Origin: a virus
DNA length: 64,000 nucleotides
IMG/VR virus record: IMGVR_UViG_3300036820_000014
Span: 14,259-78,258 of that record
Reading direction: 5' to 3' (one strand)
In this document: positions 18,222 through 28,293 of the stretch, piece by piece
How the letters are laid out: every line of letters starts with the position of its first letter
Position numbering within the stretch: position 1 is the stretch's first letter
Notes under the pieces: model-generated
Databases searched by the model: none
What the model was told of the DNA's origin: nothing
What the model saw: only the letters and a program-made list of their open reading frames with translations
Program-made: the position numbers and the translations under genes

Positions 18222-19903
18222 TCTGGGTCCCTCGCTCCGGCTGCCTCACGGGCAAGCAGCGTGATTAGTTGGTGGCGACGGACGACTTCGTCCTCCTGGT
18301 GAGGTATGGCGCCCCGCTCCAAGAGCGAGTTAATCACTCCGTCGTTATCGATGAACGAGACGAACTCGAGCAGCACATCGGCCATGGCGCTTGGTAATCC
18401 CTCGGGCATGCCGGCTCCGGGGTCATCGGCTGACGCCACATCCTTCGGGCACAGAGGCGGGTGAGGAAGGAAGTCGCCGGGCTCGTGGTCGGCAATCGTG
18501 TGGCCTTCGATCCGCTCTCCACACCAGCACCAGACGGGTCGACTTGGCGGCGTGTCTACGGCATGGGGATCGGTCGGAGGAGCCTCGTCTTCAGCCGATG
18601 CCTCAGGTTGCTCCTGAGCGCCAGCGGGCTCGTCGGTAGGTGGTTCCGGAACCGGTTTGGTACCGGTTCCCAGCCCGATCCAAAAAGCGAGACCTCGTGC
18701 GAGGTCTGCGAGCACGGCTGTACCCGCTGCGGACTGGTCCCAGCCCCGAGACTTGGCCTGGGCCTGGATCCCTCGGATGAGCGCCGTAGCCACCCTCACC
18801 TGTGGGCCCGTCGTGAGATCCCGAGGGCTCGCCGGTAGCTTCTGTCCCGATACCTGGGCGTTGTTCCACCGGTCCCTCAGATCCTTACGACCATCTGGGT
18901 CGAGGGCCATCGCAGCGATCTGGAGCTCGACGAGCGCGTGGGGATCGGCCGGCTCGTCGGTCGACTGTGAACCAGAGTGTGAAGTGCCGCCCTTCGAGTC
19001 GAAGCCCTCAGGGAGTTCGAGCGTGTCCAGGTCGATGGGATCCCCGTTCTGATCCGTCAGTGCGCCAAGCTCGTCAGGGTTGTAGAGCCCGAGCGCCGCC
19101 TCCGGGAAGTAGACGTCGGAGCACCGCTGAGCGGCTCGCCACCAGAGCATGTCCCTCGGGTACGTCTGATAGTTGTTCTTGCACCGCATCCGGACGTGGT
19201 CCTGGTTGTAGTCGTGCTTGGCGTTCCATCTCCGGCAATGCTCGGCGTGGTCATCGGGCTTGCAGTCATCGCACACCAGGTCGGCGCGCTGAGCGTCCTC
19301 CCAGGTGAAAGAGATCGGGTCGACCGGCTTACCATCGACTGGATCCAACAGAGCCTTTCCGTCAGGACCGACGGCATAGGCCTGAGAGGCGAAGATGCTG
19401 TTGCCTCGTCCCGGACGGATCGACCCGGAGCCGAGCTGACGGAGGCGGGCGTTCAGGAGCTTCGGAGCGATCGAGGGCTTGCCATCGATCACGTAGATGA
19501 GGTTCACCGCTGCGGTCAGCGGGACACCCAGATCCCGGCCGGTCAGAAGGATCACCAGCATGTCGTAGGGCTTGCCTCGAAGCGCCTTCGGTGCCAACTC
19601 GGACGACGACAGCATCTTCGCCATGAGACATAGCTGGAGGAACTCGTCACGCCCGGGGATCCCCGGCTGGTCGATCGCATACTCAGCCGCCCTTGTGATG
19701 GCGACCTCGGCGGCCGTGGGCTCTTTGCGATTGCGGACCTCGAGGGCCACCTCATCGACGAGTACGGCTTCCGGCTGAGGCGATTCAGCGGTGGCGGGTT
19801 TGCCGCGCTCTTCTTCGGGAACCTCCGAAGTCTCACCCTCTGGTTCTGGTTGAGGGCCGAGGTCTTTTAACGCCTTGGCCCGTATGGCATCGGTGATGGT
19901 CAT
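18218..19903 (-). CDS. single-strand annealing recombinase (RecT-like)
   Basis: GRDLGVP...IYVIDGKP...YQTYPRDMLWWRA...FPEAALGLY..DEL. Confidence 0.75.
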   Translation of the reverse strand: MTITDAIRAKALKDLGPQPEPEGETSEVPEEERGKPATAESPQPEAVLVDEVALEVRNRKEPTAAEVAITRAAEYAIDQPGIPGRDEFLQLCLMAKMLSSSELAPKALRGKPYDMLVILLTGRDLGVPLTAAVNLIYVIDGKPSIAPKLLNARLRQLGSGSIRPGRGNSIFASQAYAVGPDGKALLDPVDGKPVDPISFTWEDAQRADLVCDDCKPDDHAEHCRRWNAKHDYNQDHVRMRCKNNYQTYPRDMLWWRAAQRCSDVYFPEAALGLYNPDELGALTDQNGDPIDLDTLELPEGFDSKGGTSHSGSQSTDEPADPHALVELQIAAMALDPDGRKDLRDRWNNAQVSGQKLPASPRDLTTGPQVRVATALIRGIQAQAKSRGWDQSAAGTAVLADLARGLAFWIGLGTGTKPVPEPPTDEPAGAQEQPEASAEDEAPPTDPHAVDTPPSRPVWCWCGERIEGHTIADHEPGDFLPHPPLCPKDVASADDPGAGMPEGLPSAMADVLLEFVSFIDNDGVINSLLERGAIPHQEDEVVRRHQLITLLAREAAGARDPE

Positions 19904-20535
19904 TTGCGGGTCTCCTTTTCCAGCTCGTAGCTGAACCTGTCCTCGGCCGGTTTGAAGAAGGTCACGCCAGGAACGGGCACCGGCTCGGCTCCCTCCTCGG
20001 CTGGCGGCAAGAGGACAGGGACGGCTTTCCCTTTCTCGCCGCCCTCGGTGGCCTCAGCGGCCATCTTGTCGGCCACTCGTGGCAGCTTCCCAAGCGCCTG
20101 GCGGTTGACATCGACGTTCACCCGTACCAACTCGTCATGGCCCGAAGTCAGCGCCCAGGCCTTGAACGCGTCCTCATCGGCCACAACGACCCGGCCGGGG
20201 AGTGCCTTCATCCGGACGGTGCCGTGAGGCAGCGACAGGGTCTTCACCTTGGCTTGCTTCATCTCAGGGCGGGCATAGGCCTCGACGATCGCTTCGATCC
20301 GTCTGAGTTGCGCCTCGGCCGCTTTGGTGCGGTCGGCCAGCCAGCCGTCCAGACGCTCACGTTCGGCGTCGTAGACGACCTTGACATCTCGGAGATCGGC
20401 CTGGAGCCGCATGCCCTTTCGGAGCAGCCAGTCCAGCTGCTCTCGGCTATTGGGCGGTGGGACATCCTCGCCCTCGGGAAGCGGATCCCCGATGAATTCA
20501 TCGAGGTCGCGCTCCCAGAAACCAGAGTCGCTCAC
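19900..20535 (-). CDS. Mu Gam-like / host-nuclease inhibitor protein
   Basis: Coiled coil followed by KTLSLPHGTV.M; upstream of SSAP; AAGGAGG RBS. Confidence 0.7.
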   Translation of the reverse strand: MSDSGFWERDLDEFIGDPLPEGEDVPPPNSREQLDWLLRKGMRLQADLRDVKVVYDAERERLDGWLADRTKAAEAQLRRIEAIVEAYARPEMKQAKVKTLSLPHGTVRMKALPGRVVVADEDAFKAWALTSGHDELVRVNVDVNRQALGKLPRVADKMAAEATEGGEKGKAVPVLLPPAEEGAEPVPVPGVTFFKPAEDRFSYELEKETRK

Positions 20536-20564
20536 GGTCCTCCTTGTCTGATGGGTTGGAGTTA

Positions 20565-20581
20565 CTAAAACGGAACTATAG
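20565..20581. promoter_or_regulatory. 17-bp operator copy 2 / minus-strand -10 TATAGT
   Basis: CTAAAA-CGGAA-CTATAG upstream of the gam-like gene. Confidence 0.7.
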
Positions 20582-20696
20582 CGACGGGTTGCGACATCGG
20601 CCCAGACGCGGCGAAGGCGGAGCACTGAGGCCCCGCCTTCTCGCCCGCACTGAATCTCCAACCCAAAATTGGGAACCAGTGGCGAAGTGGTGAAAG

Positions 20697-21068
20697 TTAG
20701 TCGCGTGCGGCCGTGGATGCCCGTTGGACAGCGGCCAGAAAAGCCGCCGCCGCTGGGGAATAGTCGCCGCTGACCAGATGGATGGGACGGGGCACTACAC
20801 CGAAGGGCCAGCCCAGGCGCTCGAACTGGATCACCACACCCATGAGGGCTGAGAGCATCCGACTCTCGGCATGGCTGAGGGTCGGCAATCCGTGGAGTTG
20901 CCACTCGGCGGCACGCTCCCATGCTCGCTGGAACGTGAACACATCGAGGTGGGTGAGTGCCTCGAAAGCATCACTGCCTCGGCGCTCACATTCTCGGCAT
21001 CCATCCACAAGGATCTGGCCCGGGTCGTAACCGGGCAGCGATGAGTGAGCAGCGTGTGTGCTCATCAT
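20697..21068 (-). CDS. hypothetical protein
   Basis: 123-aa ORF, DGCREC. Confidence 0.55.
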   Translation of the reverse strand: MMSTHAAHSSLPGYDPGQILVDGCRECERRGSDAFEALTHLDVFTFQRAWERAAEWQLHGLPTLSHAESRMLSALMGVVIQFERLGWPFGVVPRPIHLVSGDYSPAAAAFLAAVQRASTAARD

Positions 21069-21358
21069 CGTTCCATCGTCTCCTCGTGAACGTGGTCGTG
21101 CTCTCGGTTGCGGTGGTCGGCGGCGTGAACGGCACGGAAGTACCGGGCCGGAGCGTCACTACCCAACCAGGCGGCGAAGTCGATCTCGTTCATGGACCAC
21201 CGGAATCCGCTGTCCTGATCGGCCTCGTCCCACGCGGTGCCGAGCGGACCCTTGTGCTCAACCCTCAAGTGAAAGATGAGGGTTGACTCCTCATCGGATC
21301 CATCAAGCGGTGCGTCATCTATGTGACCCGAGGCTCGGAAGTTGCTCATCCGATGCAC
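21065..21358 (-). CDS. hypothetical protein
   Basis: Coupled ORF in operon. Confidence 0.5.
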   Translation of the reverse strand: MHRMSNFRASGHIDDAPLDGSDEESTLIFHLRVEHKGPLGTAWDEADQDSGFRWSMNEIDFAAWLGSDAPARYFRAVHAADHRNREHDHVHEETMER

Positions 21359-21576
21359 TCCACCAGCGAGGTCTCGGACTCGTAGAGGAAAGTGACAACG
21401 ATGCCCCAGGTCTCAAGCGACGCACCAGCGATTCCAGCGTCAGCGAGCAGGCGTGCCCGTAGGTGGGCGTCAGTGGCCACCTCCTCGGCGGTAACGACAC
21501 CGTCGGCACAAGCGATGATCCGTGCGGCCTTGCGGGCACGTGCAGCCGTGGCGTAGGCGTTGTAGGCGGCGCTCAT
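21346..21576 (-). CDS. hypothetical protein
   Basis: ARARKAA...LLADAG...ASLETW. Confidence 0.55.
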   Translation of the reverse strand: MSAAYNAYATAARARKAARIIACADGVVTAEEVATDAHLRARLLADAGIAGASLETWGIVVTFLYESETSLVECIG

Positions 21577-21733
21577 TGTCCCGCCTCGCCCAGAAGCGAG
21601 AGTTCGTGCTCCCACTCGGCTATAGACTTGTTGATCCGTTCGACCTCGTACTCCATGCCGTGGCGCTCGGCCACGGCGAGCATCCGCCTGTAGCCCTTGA
21701 GTTGGCGCTCGGCCGTCGCCCTAGAAGGCCCTC

Positions 21734-22072
21734 TCACGCCGCCATCCCCTTTTCAATGGCGGATGCAACGCGGAGGGCGACCCCGGACTTGCTGAGCCGG
21801 TAGTACCCGCCAGTCAGGCCAGCGTGACCACCGACCGAGGCTCCATCGGTGCCCCACACGCTGCCTGGGCGGACCATCGGAAGCCTCGAAAGGAGCGACG
21901 GGCCGATGCCGTCACAGCGGACGTAGGCGCTCCTGTCGCCAGCGGTGAAGGTCGTGGTGACCGAGACGACCGCGTCGCCACCGTGACTCCTGATCTCGAC
22001 GGTGAAGCCCTCGGCCACACAGGCTGCGAGGAACTCGTTGGCTATGGTGCCGGCCTTGCTGGTGCTTGCCAT
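21734..22072 (-). CDS. hypothetical protein, first gene of the early operon
   Basis: GGGAGG RBS; GSVWGTDGASVGG. Confidence 0.7.
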   Translation of the reverse strand: MASTSKAGTIANEFLAACVAEGFTVEIRSHGGDAVVSVTTTFTAGDRSAYVRCDGIGPSLLSRLPMVRPGSVWGTDGASVGGHAGLTGGYYRLSKSGVALRVASAIEKGMAA

Positions 22073-22099
22073 TGCTGGCCTCCCTTTGGGTTGGAGTTA

Positions 22100-22138
22100 C
22101 TAAAATCCGATTATAGCGGAGGCCATTGGAACAGCCAA
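22100..22138 (-). promoter_or_regulatory. sigma70/SigA-type promoter overlapped by operator copy 3
   Basis: Minus strand TTGGCT-17 bp-TATAAT; operator CTAAAA-TCCGA-TTATAG at 22100-22116. Confidence 0.75.
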
Positions 22139-22153
22139 GTCGGGAAACCCCGG

Positions 22154-22723
22154 CTACCCCGGATTGCAATGATTGGGTGCCGAGGCGCAGAGACCAGCCA
22201 GCTTTGTGTCGATCGAGCTGAGCTCGGCGAGGATGAGCGCCTGCTTGGATTCGAGAACCGTGACCGTCAGGCCAGCCTCCTTGAGAATCTGGCCGACCGT
22301 CGTGTTGCCTGACACCTGGAGGGTCTGTTCTCTTTTGATCTCCACGACGAGCGACTTGATATCGGCATCCTCGGCGGCCAACTCGTTTGTCTGAGCCTTG
22401 ATTGCGTTGAGAGTTCCGGTGTGGTTGTTCAGACCCGTCTGGAGATCTCCGAGCGCTGTCTGGAGGTCCATCTCTGTCGTGGCGAGGCCCGAGACGATTG
22501 TTGTGAGTTGGGTTACCTCCGAGTTGGTCGATTTCGAGTTCGAGTCGCTCTTGGTAAAAGCCAGAGAGCCGAGGACTATTGCAACGATCAGACCGACCAC
22601 CGTTATGGCCGTGATCCATGCGGATCCCTTGTCGAGGAACCGGCTCCAGAGAGAACGGTCCTCCTTCTTTGCACGCATCTCCGCGCCGTTGTCGTAGACG
22701 GCGACTGCCTCATCGGAGGTCAC
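22154..22723 (-). CDS. membrane-anchored coiled-coil protein (lysis module)
   Basis: One TM helix (WITAITVVGLIVAIVLGSLAF) followed by heptads. Confidence 0.6.
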   Translation of the reverse strand: MTSDEAVAVYDNGAEMRAKKEDRSLWSRFLDKGSAWITAITVVGLIVAIVLGSLAFTKSDSNSKSTNSEVTQLTTIVSGLATTEMDLQTALGDLQTGLNNHTGTLNAIKAQTNELAAEDADIKSLVVEIKREQTLQVSGNTTVGQILKEAGLTVTVLESKQALILAELSSIDTKLAGLCASAPNHCNPG

Positions 22724-22956
22724 TTGTGCCGCCTGTCGTCGGGCATGTTGTGAATCTCCCAATCCCCCATGTGGAGTTCCATGCGCTTTATCGAGCCCGG
22801 TTGGATCTCTCCGTTCGAGTCTTTGTACCCGAGGAGAGACGCCTTCTCTAGTCTCCATTGGCGGTTCTCCTTTGCTTTCTGGCTTACGTATCGAGCTGAG
22901 CCTCCCGCTAATAGAACGGTCAAGCCAGCGATGACTGCCCATATGCCGTCACTCAT
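22720..22956 (-). CDS. small membrane protein
   Basis: N-terminal TM helix. Confidence 0.55.
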   Translation of the reverse strand: MSDGIWAVIAGLTVLLAGGSARYVSQKAKENRQWRLEKASLLGYKDSNGEIQPGSIKRMELHMGDWEIHNMPDDRRHK

Positions 22957-22989
22957 CTGCTCCCCGCTCCACGAACCTCAAAGCAGTTA

Positions 22990-23721
22990 CTAGGGCTCCA
23001 CCGTGTACGGACCGGCGTCAGGGAATCTGGTGAGCCCGTTCTGGGTAGCGTCATCAACCCCCCAGTTCTCCTTACCTGGCGGCTGACCGCCGGCTGCGCG
23101 GAAGTGCAACAGATGGCCGAGTCCCACCTTCACACTCGAGGCGACCCCGAAGCAGTGGATGGTTCCGTCGGAACCTTCGAACGCGGTTAGAGCCATGTCT
23201 TCTTCTCCTTCTGGTAGCGGTGGTGTGGGCAATGGACTGGGTGGAGCGGGATCAAACGCCGTGATACGTGCGACACCCATGAGGAAAATGTCGACATCGT
23301 TAGGGACCTGCGATATCTCTACCCGCCCTCGCACTCCTGGCGCGACAAATGTTTCGGGGGCCTGGATCATCTGGCCGTTCCCGAGATAGACGCCGGTGTG
23401 GGCTGGCTGGGACTGGCTGTCGCTGGGGACATTGAACTCGAGGAGGTCGCCTGGCAGAGCCTTGGCCAGGGCCTGTCCAATATTTTGGACAGCGAAGGGG
23501 TCAGGGCTAACCCATATGGCCTTCAGGTTGTTTCTGCCGGCCTTGGCGTCGGCCCACATCTCCTCGGTGGTTCGCGAGAGAGCAACTCCTTGTCTGCCGG
23601 CGCTGTACTGCTCAATGCCCGAGCAGTCGAAGCCGACGTCAGGGGAGCTCCCGCCGAGCACGTAGAGGATGCCCAGCTGTGCATGAAGGACGGCCAGGAA
23701 ACCGCCGACGGAGCCGGGCAC
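22990..23721 (-). CDS. NlpC/P60 peptidoglycan endopeptidase (endolysin)
   Basis: YVLGG...GFDCSG, PGDL, HTGVYLGNGQMIQAP. Confidence 0.85.
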   Translation of the reverse strand: MPGSVGGFLAVLHAQLGILYVLGGSSPDVGFDCSGIEQYSAGRQGVALSRTTEEMWADAKAGRNNLKAIWVSPDPFAVQNIGQALAKALPGDLLEFNVPSDSQSQPAHTGVYLGNGQMIQAPETFVAPGVRGRVEISQVPNDVDIFLMGVARITAFDPAPPSPLPTPPLPEGEEDMALTAFEGSDGTIHCFGVASSVKVGLGHLLHFRAAGGQPPGKENWGVDDATQNGLTRFPDAGPYTVEP

Positions 23722-24068
23722 TAGCCCGCTCCTATTCCGAAGCGAGCGGTTGCTCGAGCGATGCGGTCAGAGGCACCCGTCGGGCGATAGAGCCCGTAGT
23801 AGCTGGCGACCGAGGTGACCCAGGCGACCGCTATGGCCAGAAGGATCTGCTCCCAGTGTGCGACGTCGAGGATCCCACCGCTGAGAGCTGACGAGAGGAC
23901 ACCAGCCACAGCCGACAGTAACAAGTTCGCAATTGCTTTCAGCCATGCCGGCGCGGTCAACTGAGTGAGCACCGCCGTTAGTGCGGGCACGACGGCCGTG
24001 CCGGCGAGTGCCGACCAGAGCGCCGTCGGGGCAAGTGTGGCGGCAGCGATGAGGACGAGGAGCATCAT
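23721..24068 (-). CDS. holin
   Basis: 3-4 TM helices, SYYGLYRP; adjacent to the endolysin. Confidence 0.75.
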   Translation of the reverse strand: MMLLVLIAAATLAPTALWSALAGTAVVPALTAVLTQLTAPAWLKAIANLLLSAVAGVLSSALSGGILDVAHWEQILLAIAVAWVTSVASYYGLYRPTGASDRIARATARFGIGAG

Positions 24069-24982
24069 CGATCTTTGATGAGGTGCTCGATGTCCTCGAT
24101 TACATCCTCGGCCTCATGCTCGACACGCTTGATGAAGCCCTCGCCGGGCTCGGTCGGTGCAGGAGGGTTGGCCGACTGAGGGATCTGGGCGAGGTCGCTT
24201 TCGAGCTGCGTCTCGTTGAACCCGCCGTCCGGGTCAGTACCGTTGGCGGCGATCCAGTCGCTTGAGACGGGAGCCCAAATCTCCTCGAGGTAGGCGGTCC
24301 GGAACGCCGGCGTGACGATGTACCAACCACCCCAACTCGGCGTCTTCCAGTTCTCCGAGGCGGCATAAGCGGCGGCCAGAGTGGAGTGGCCACCCCATGA
24401 GCCAGGCTCCCAGTCCCCGGTCAACGGCTGGCCCGCAGGGACATCCCAGGTAGTCCCCATGGACTGAGCCGCGACCGGGAGCGCCCACGCTAGATCGAGA
24501 CCACCGCAGAGCCACATCATCTGTTGAGCGAGCGAGTTGTTGTCGAGTGGCACCGACGCGAACGCCCCGAGCTTGTGGACCTTGCCGTTCTGATCCACGA
24601 TCCCGGTCGACTTCAGGTAGCCAAGAACGTTCGAGATGACCGCTCCCTGGTCGGTTGAGGGGTTGCCGGGGACATAGCCGCCGACTACCTCGTAGAGCTT
24701 CTCGATGATCGCGTCAGGAAGGGTGAGGACGACGCCCAAGGCGATCGCCGTCCACAACTGGATCTGGTGGCCGACCTCGGCACACGTGCAGTCGCCGAGC
24801 TGATCGTTCAGCATCATGCCCAGATTCGTTATGAGGGTCGTCTGATCCCACAGCGGTGGGTTTTCAGGAAGCCCAGACAGGGTCATGTACCGAGCAACGG
24901 TCAACCTCTCGGCATCGAAGAGCGACTCCTGGCGTCCGAGTCGCTTGCCTTCTACGGTGACGAGTTCGTTACGAGCGGCCAT
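24065..24982 (-). CDS. papain-like cysteine peptidase
   Basis: MLNDQLGDCTCA (Cys), WGGH (His), SWG. Confidence 0.7.
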   Translation of the reverse strand: MAARNELVTVEGKRLGRQESLFDAERLTVARYMTLSGLPENPPLWDQTTLITNLGMMLNDQLGDCTCAEVGHQIQLWTAIALGVVLTLPDAIIEKLYEVVGGYVPGNPSTDQGAVISNVLGYLKSTGIVDQNGKVHKLGAFASVPLDNNSLAQQMMWLCGGLDLAWALPVAAQSMGTTWDVPAGQPLTGDWEPGSWGGHSTLAAAYAASENWKTPSWGGWYIVTPAFRTAYLEEIWAPVSSDWIAANGTDPDGGFNETQLESDLAQIPQSANPPAPTEPGEGFIKRVEHEAEDVIEDIEHLIKDR

Positions 24983-25022
24983 CGGCGGATGCTATCTATC
25001 GACGCCCGAAAGACGGCGGACT

Positions 25023-25568
25023 TCAAACCGTGGTGTCGAGGCTGGCGAGCTGGACCTGGGCTCCGACAAGTACCGAACCACCTGTGCCAGTAGTGAGTGC
25101 TCCAGTCGATACCGTCACGTTCTCGGAATCGACCACCGTGAGTATCTGCGTGCCTGTTGCGAATATGCCGGGAGCAAAGAGGTACGAGCCAATGTCATCA
25201 TCGGTGAAGTCGCCCGAGTCCGACTCGAGCGTTAGGTCGCCCTGAGTCGTGACGGCGTCACTAAGTTGCCTCGAACCGGGTGGTTCGGACGGGACCGAGA
25301 TGTAGTAGCTCCGTACGGTGGCGCCGGAGATGTTCTCGACGACCTCGTACAAAGTCGCTGGCACCGTCTGGTCGTTGGCAACAAGCGACTGAGCAATGGC
25401 GCCATTGACGAGCTCGGCCGGGACCTTGGTCTGGGGAACAGACTCGCCGGTGTCCTCGTTGGTCATCGCCGCTGTGAGAGTGAATTCGACATCGCCATTG
25501 GGCGTCGAGCCGTCGGACCCGGTCCAGTCCCTCAAGACCATGATCGTCGTCAACTGGCGGAGAATCAC
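25023..25568 (-). CDS. putative virion protein carrying the shared S/T-rich domain
   Basis: Beta-rich N-terminus plus DAVTTQG...FTDDDIG...GTQI. Confidence 0.65.
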   Translation of the reverse strand: MILRQLTTIMVLRDWTGSDGSTPNGDVEFTLTAAMTNEDTGESVPQTKVPAELVNGAIAQSLVANDQTVPATLYEVVENISGATVRSYYISVPSEPPGSRQLSDAVTTQGDLTLESDSGDFTDDDIGSYLFAPGIFATGTQILTVVDSENVTVSTGALTTGTGGSVLVGAQVQLASLDTTV

Positions 25569-25816
25569 GGCTTCCTCTCGTAGGGCGGTACCTCTGGCGA
25601 GTGCCTGATTAGATGGTCGAGTTTTTCATGCAGCTCACCGAGAAAGTGGCGATGCACCCAGCCCTTTACCTTGTTGCGGAGCAACGGCCAGACGGCCGTG
25701 GCCACACACATCCCAACGAGGGTGTACTCGGCCGAGGCGAGGAGATCACCCCAGATACCTCCAGATCCGCCAGCCGGCCAGATCCAGATAGGAAAGAACC
25801 CAGTCGCCAGGACCAC
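25565..25816 (-). CDS. small membrane protein
   Basis: TM segment, HEKLDHL. Confidence 0.5.
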   Translation of the reverse strand: MVLATGFFPIWIWPAGGSGGIWGDLLASAEYTLVGMCVATAVWPLLRNKVKGWVHRHFLGELHEKLDHLIRHSPEVPPYERKP

Positions 25817-25828
25817 GACGGTCCTCTG

Positions 25829-26176
25829 CTATTCGCCTGACGAATCCCCGTCTCCGTCAACGATCTCGGCGTCCACGACATCGTCGTCATCGCCGTCGTC
25901 ATCCGTGACGGGTTCGCCATGCTCGGACACTCCAGCGGGCGTATGCGTCCGCTGCACGCCGGGAGTCGTCACGTTGTCCTGAATCACCCCGGCGAATGGA
26001 TAGGGCTCGGCATGTTCGGCTTCGGACGTCTCGGGTTCTGGCTCAGCTACCTCTTCGGGATCCGAGTCATCGAGCTTGGGTGCTGGGTTCGGAGGTGGAG
26101 TCTCGCCAGGCCGAGGGGGGATCGGGACCTTGGGTGCAGGAACGCCTGCCTTCTTCTCACCGGACTGGTCTGACAA
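25829..26176 (-). CDS. acidic Pro-rich protein
   Basis: GGGAGG RBS; low complexity. Confidence 0.5.
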   Translation of the reverse strand: MSDQSGEKKAGVPAPKVPIPPRPGETPPPNPAPKLDDSDPEEVAEPEPETSEAEHAEPYPFAGVIQDNVTTPGVQRTHTPAGVSEHGEPVTDDDGDDDDVVDAEIVDGDGDSSGE

Positions 26177-26188
26177 CGGGGATCCTCC

Positions 26189-26605
26189 CTACTTGACGAT
26201 GACGATGCCCGATACGGGCCTGGACTTGATGTGCGAACCGCTTATTTCAATGACGCTTACGCCAGCAGAAGTCGGGTGCTCTTGCAAGGTGCAATACCTC
26301 AGGAGATCGTCCCCGTCGGAAAACTCAATCGTTTCGATTGAGTCAGGGAAGACGCCGACCGTGGCCATTCCGAATCCCGTGGCATCGAGTGCGATCGCTA
26401 TCGGATAGCCCTCGCGGATCTCTTGCTTTTCGGCGACCGGTTCCACCGGTTCCGTCACTGGTCCCGGATCGTCCTCGTCCTCGTCTTCGGTCGCGAACAC
26501 CTCTGCCGAATCGATCCCATCGGCGAGCACGGCGCTCCCGGTCATTGCCTCCGGTGCCTCGTCTTCGGAGTCGTGATCCACGGCGCGGATGATAGTTACC
26601 CTCAA
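26189..26605 (-). CDS. acidic hypothetical protein
   Basis: 138-aa ORF in operon. Confidence 0.5.
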   Translation of the reverse strand: MRVTIIRAVDHDSEDEAPEAMTGSAVLADGIDSAEVFATEDEDEDDPGPVTEPVEPVAEKQEIREGYPIAIALDATGFGMATVGVFPDSIETIEFSDGDDLLRYCTLQEHPTSAGVSVIEISGSHIKSRPVSGIVIVK

Positions 26606-26623
26606 GGAGTGGTACGGGGACGG

Positions 26624-27715
26624 TCAGGCCGTCGTGCCGACTGCCCAGTTCCCCGACGCCGGTGCCGGCTTTAAGCCCACTGCGATGAAGAGACCGAGGG
26701 CCTCGGACCAGCAGATGTCCTGAATGATGAAGCCATCGAGCGGAGTTGTCTGGAGGGTCCAACTATTGAAGCCGTCTGTACTCGTAATGATGCTGGCGGC
26801 AGCTCCATCTGTGGAGAAAACACTGGCGACCCAGGTGTCCGTGTTCCCGAAGCACAGGCCCCAAATGCCGTAGGGAATCGAGTCCGCTCCGGTAGGAGCA
26901 AAGTCCGAGCCGTCGGCGCTCGAGAAGACATACATGGTGTTCGACGGCCCGCTAAGCGGCTGGTAGCCCAAGCACATAAACATGTCGTCGCCATAGGCGA
27001 TGGCTCCGGCGACCGGCCCTCCGTCGCCTTCATCAACACCGGCGAGCATGTCCTGGGGCGTTTGCCATGAGCCGGAACTCCATTGGGTCGCAATGAGGTG
27101 CTCGGGGAGCAGGACACCGTCGGACGTTTCCCACGAGGCGATAACCACCACGTTCTCCCCGTCTGAGGCATACCCGTAATACTCGATGATCCCTGACGCT
27201 CCCCCCGTAGCCCAGGCGGGTTCTGGGTCAGATGCCCAACCAATCGGATCCCCTGTACCGAGATTCGTCAGGACGGATGTATTGATCGGAGCCGAAAACA
27301 CCCCATCGGCAATGCTGCTGTCGGCGAAGCCGTTAATCGGTGGCCCGTTGTCAGGTATAGACCCGGCGTATTGCCCGAGATCGGTCCAGCTAAGACCGTC
27401 ATCGGATTGCTGCGTGTCGGTTGTATCGCCTGGCGCGATCGAACCGACGACCCACAGACCTAATTCGGGTAGCCACCGCACTGATCCCGATGAGGAGTTG
27501 AACCCTGGGAAGCCGCCGACCAGCGAACTCGTAACGGCATCCCACGTAACCCCATCTGTGCTCGTCACAAGCGGGTTCGTAGCTCCGACGCTGAGAGCCA
27601 CGATTCGATCCTCGTTGGCTGACACTGACGCGCCGAAGCCGCCGCTGTCCCAAGTGGGGTTGTCTTGGAGCGTCCAGGTCACCCCGTCGGGGCTCGTCAT
27701 GATCGTGTCGGCCAT
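26624..27715 (-). CDS. BNR/Asp-box beta-propeller protein (tail tip / receptor-binding candidate)
   Basis: Repeated S.DG.TW motifs (SPDGVTW, STDGVTW, SDDGLSW, SADGSDF, STDGFNSW). Confidence 0.75.
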   Translation of the reverse strand: MADTIMTSPDGVTWTLQDNPTWDSGGFGASVSANEDRIVALSVGATNPLVTSTDGVTWDAVTSSLVGGFPGFNSSSGSVRWLPELGLWVVGSIAPGDTTDTQQSDDGLSWTDLGQYAGSIPDNGPPINGFADSSIADGVFSAPINTSVLTNLGTGDPIGWASDPEPAWATGGASGIIEYYGYASDGENVVVIASWETSDGVLLPEHLIATQWSSGSWQTPQDMLAGVDEGDGGPVAGAIAYGDDMFMCLGYQPLSGPSNTMYVFSSADGSDFAPTGADSIPYGIWGLCFGNTDTWVASVFSTDGAAASIITSTDGFNSWTLQTTPLDGFIIQDICWSEALGLFIAVGLKPAPASGNWAVGTTA

Positions 27716-28293
27716 TAGGCCGTCGCCAGTCCTACGGTTACGCCCAACTCAACATGGATCACGAGGTCCGAATTGCTCTCCCCAATGTCGGTGGTAACGA
27801 TCGTGAGTAGATCCGTGTAGGGCACGAGTTGCTGCACCGTCGTCACCAGCATCCGCCCCGAGCTCGCTGCATCGAAGCTGAATGATTGCAGCACCGTGCC
27901 GTTGTAAAGCAAGTTGAACTCGACCGGCCCAGTGTCAAAGGCTCCGAGATCAGCCGCCACGGCGACCGGGGCGCATGGGAATCGCGAATGCCATGGAGGA
28001 GAGCTGGCGAGGCTAAGTGCGCCCTGAAGGTGGAACGTGGCCTCGGCGAACGTCGGGCGAGGCCAGAACCCCCCGCTTGCAACATCCATGCTGGCGGCGT
28101 GACCGTCTTGGGCCTGCGACATTTGGTTCGAGTCCGCGAGCTGGTGAAGCAGGAGGTTGGCCTGGGCTCGGTTCGCCTGGAGGGCATAGATGGCGCGATC
28201 AATGTCGTCCAGCTTTCGAATGAGCGTGGACCAATCGACCGGTGCCTTCGACGTCGGTCCAGTCGGGTAGGGGATCGGTCCGGTCGTAGTCAT
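27715..28293 (-). CDS. minor tail protein
   Basis: N-terminal coiled coil, C-terminal DLLTI...SDLVIHV. Confidence 0.6.
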   Translation of the reverse strand: MTTTGPIPYPTGPTSKAPVDWSTLIRKLDDIDRAIYALQANRAQANLLLHQLADSNQMSQAQDGHAASMDVASGGFWPRPTFAEATFHLQGALSLASSPPWHSRFPCAPVAVAADLGAFDTGPVEFNLLYNGTVLQSFSFDAASSGRMLVTTVQQLVPYTDLLTIVTTDIGESNSDLVIHVELGVTVGLATA

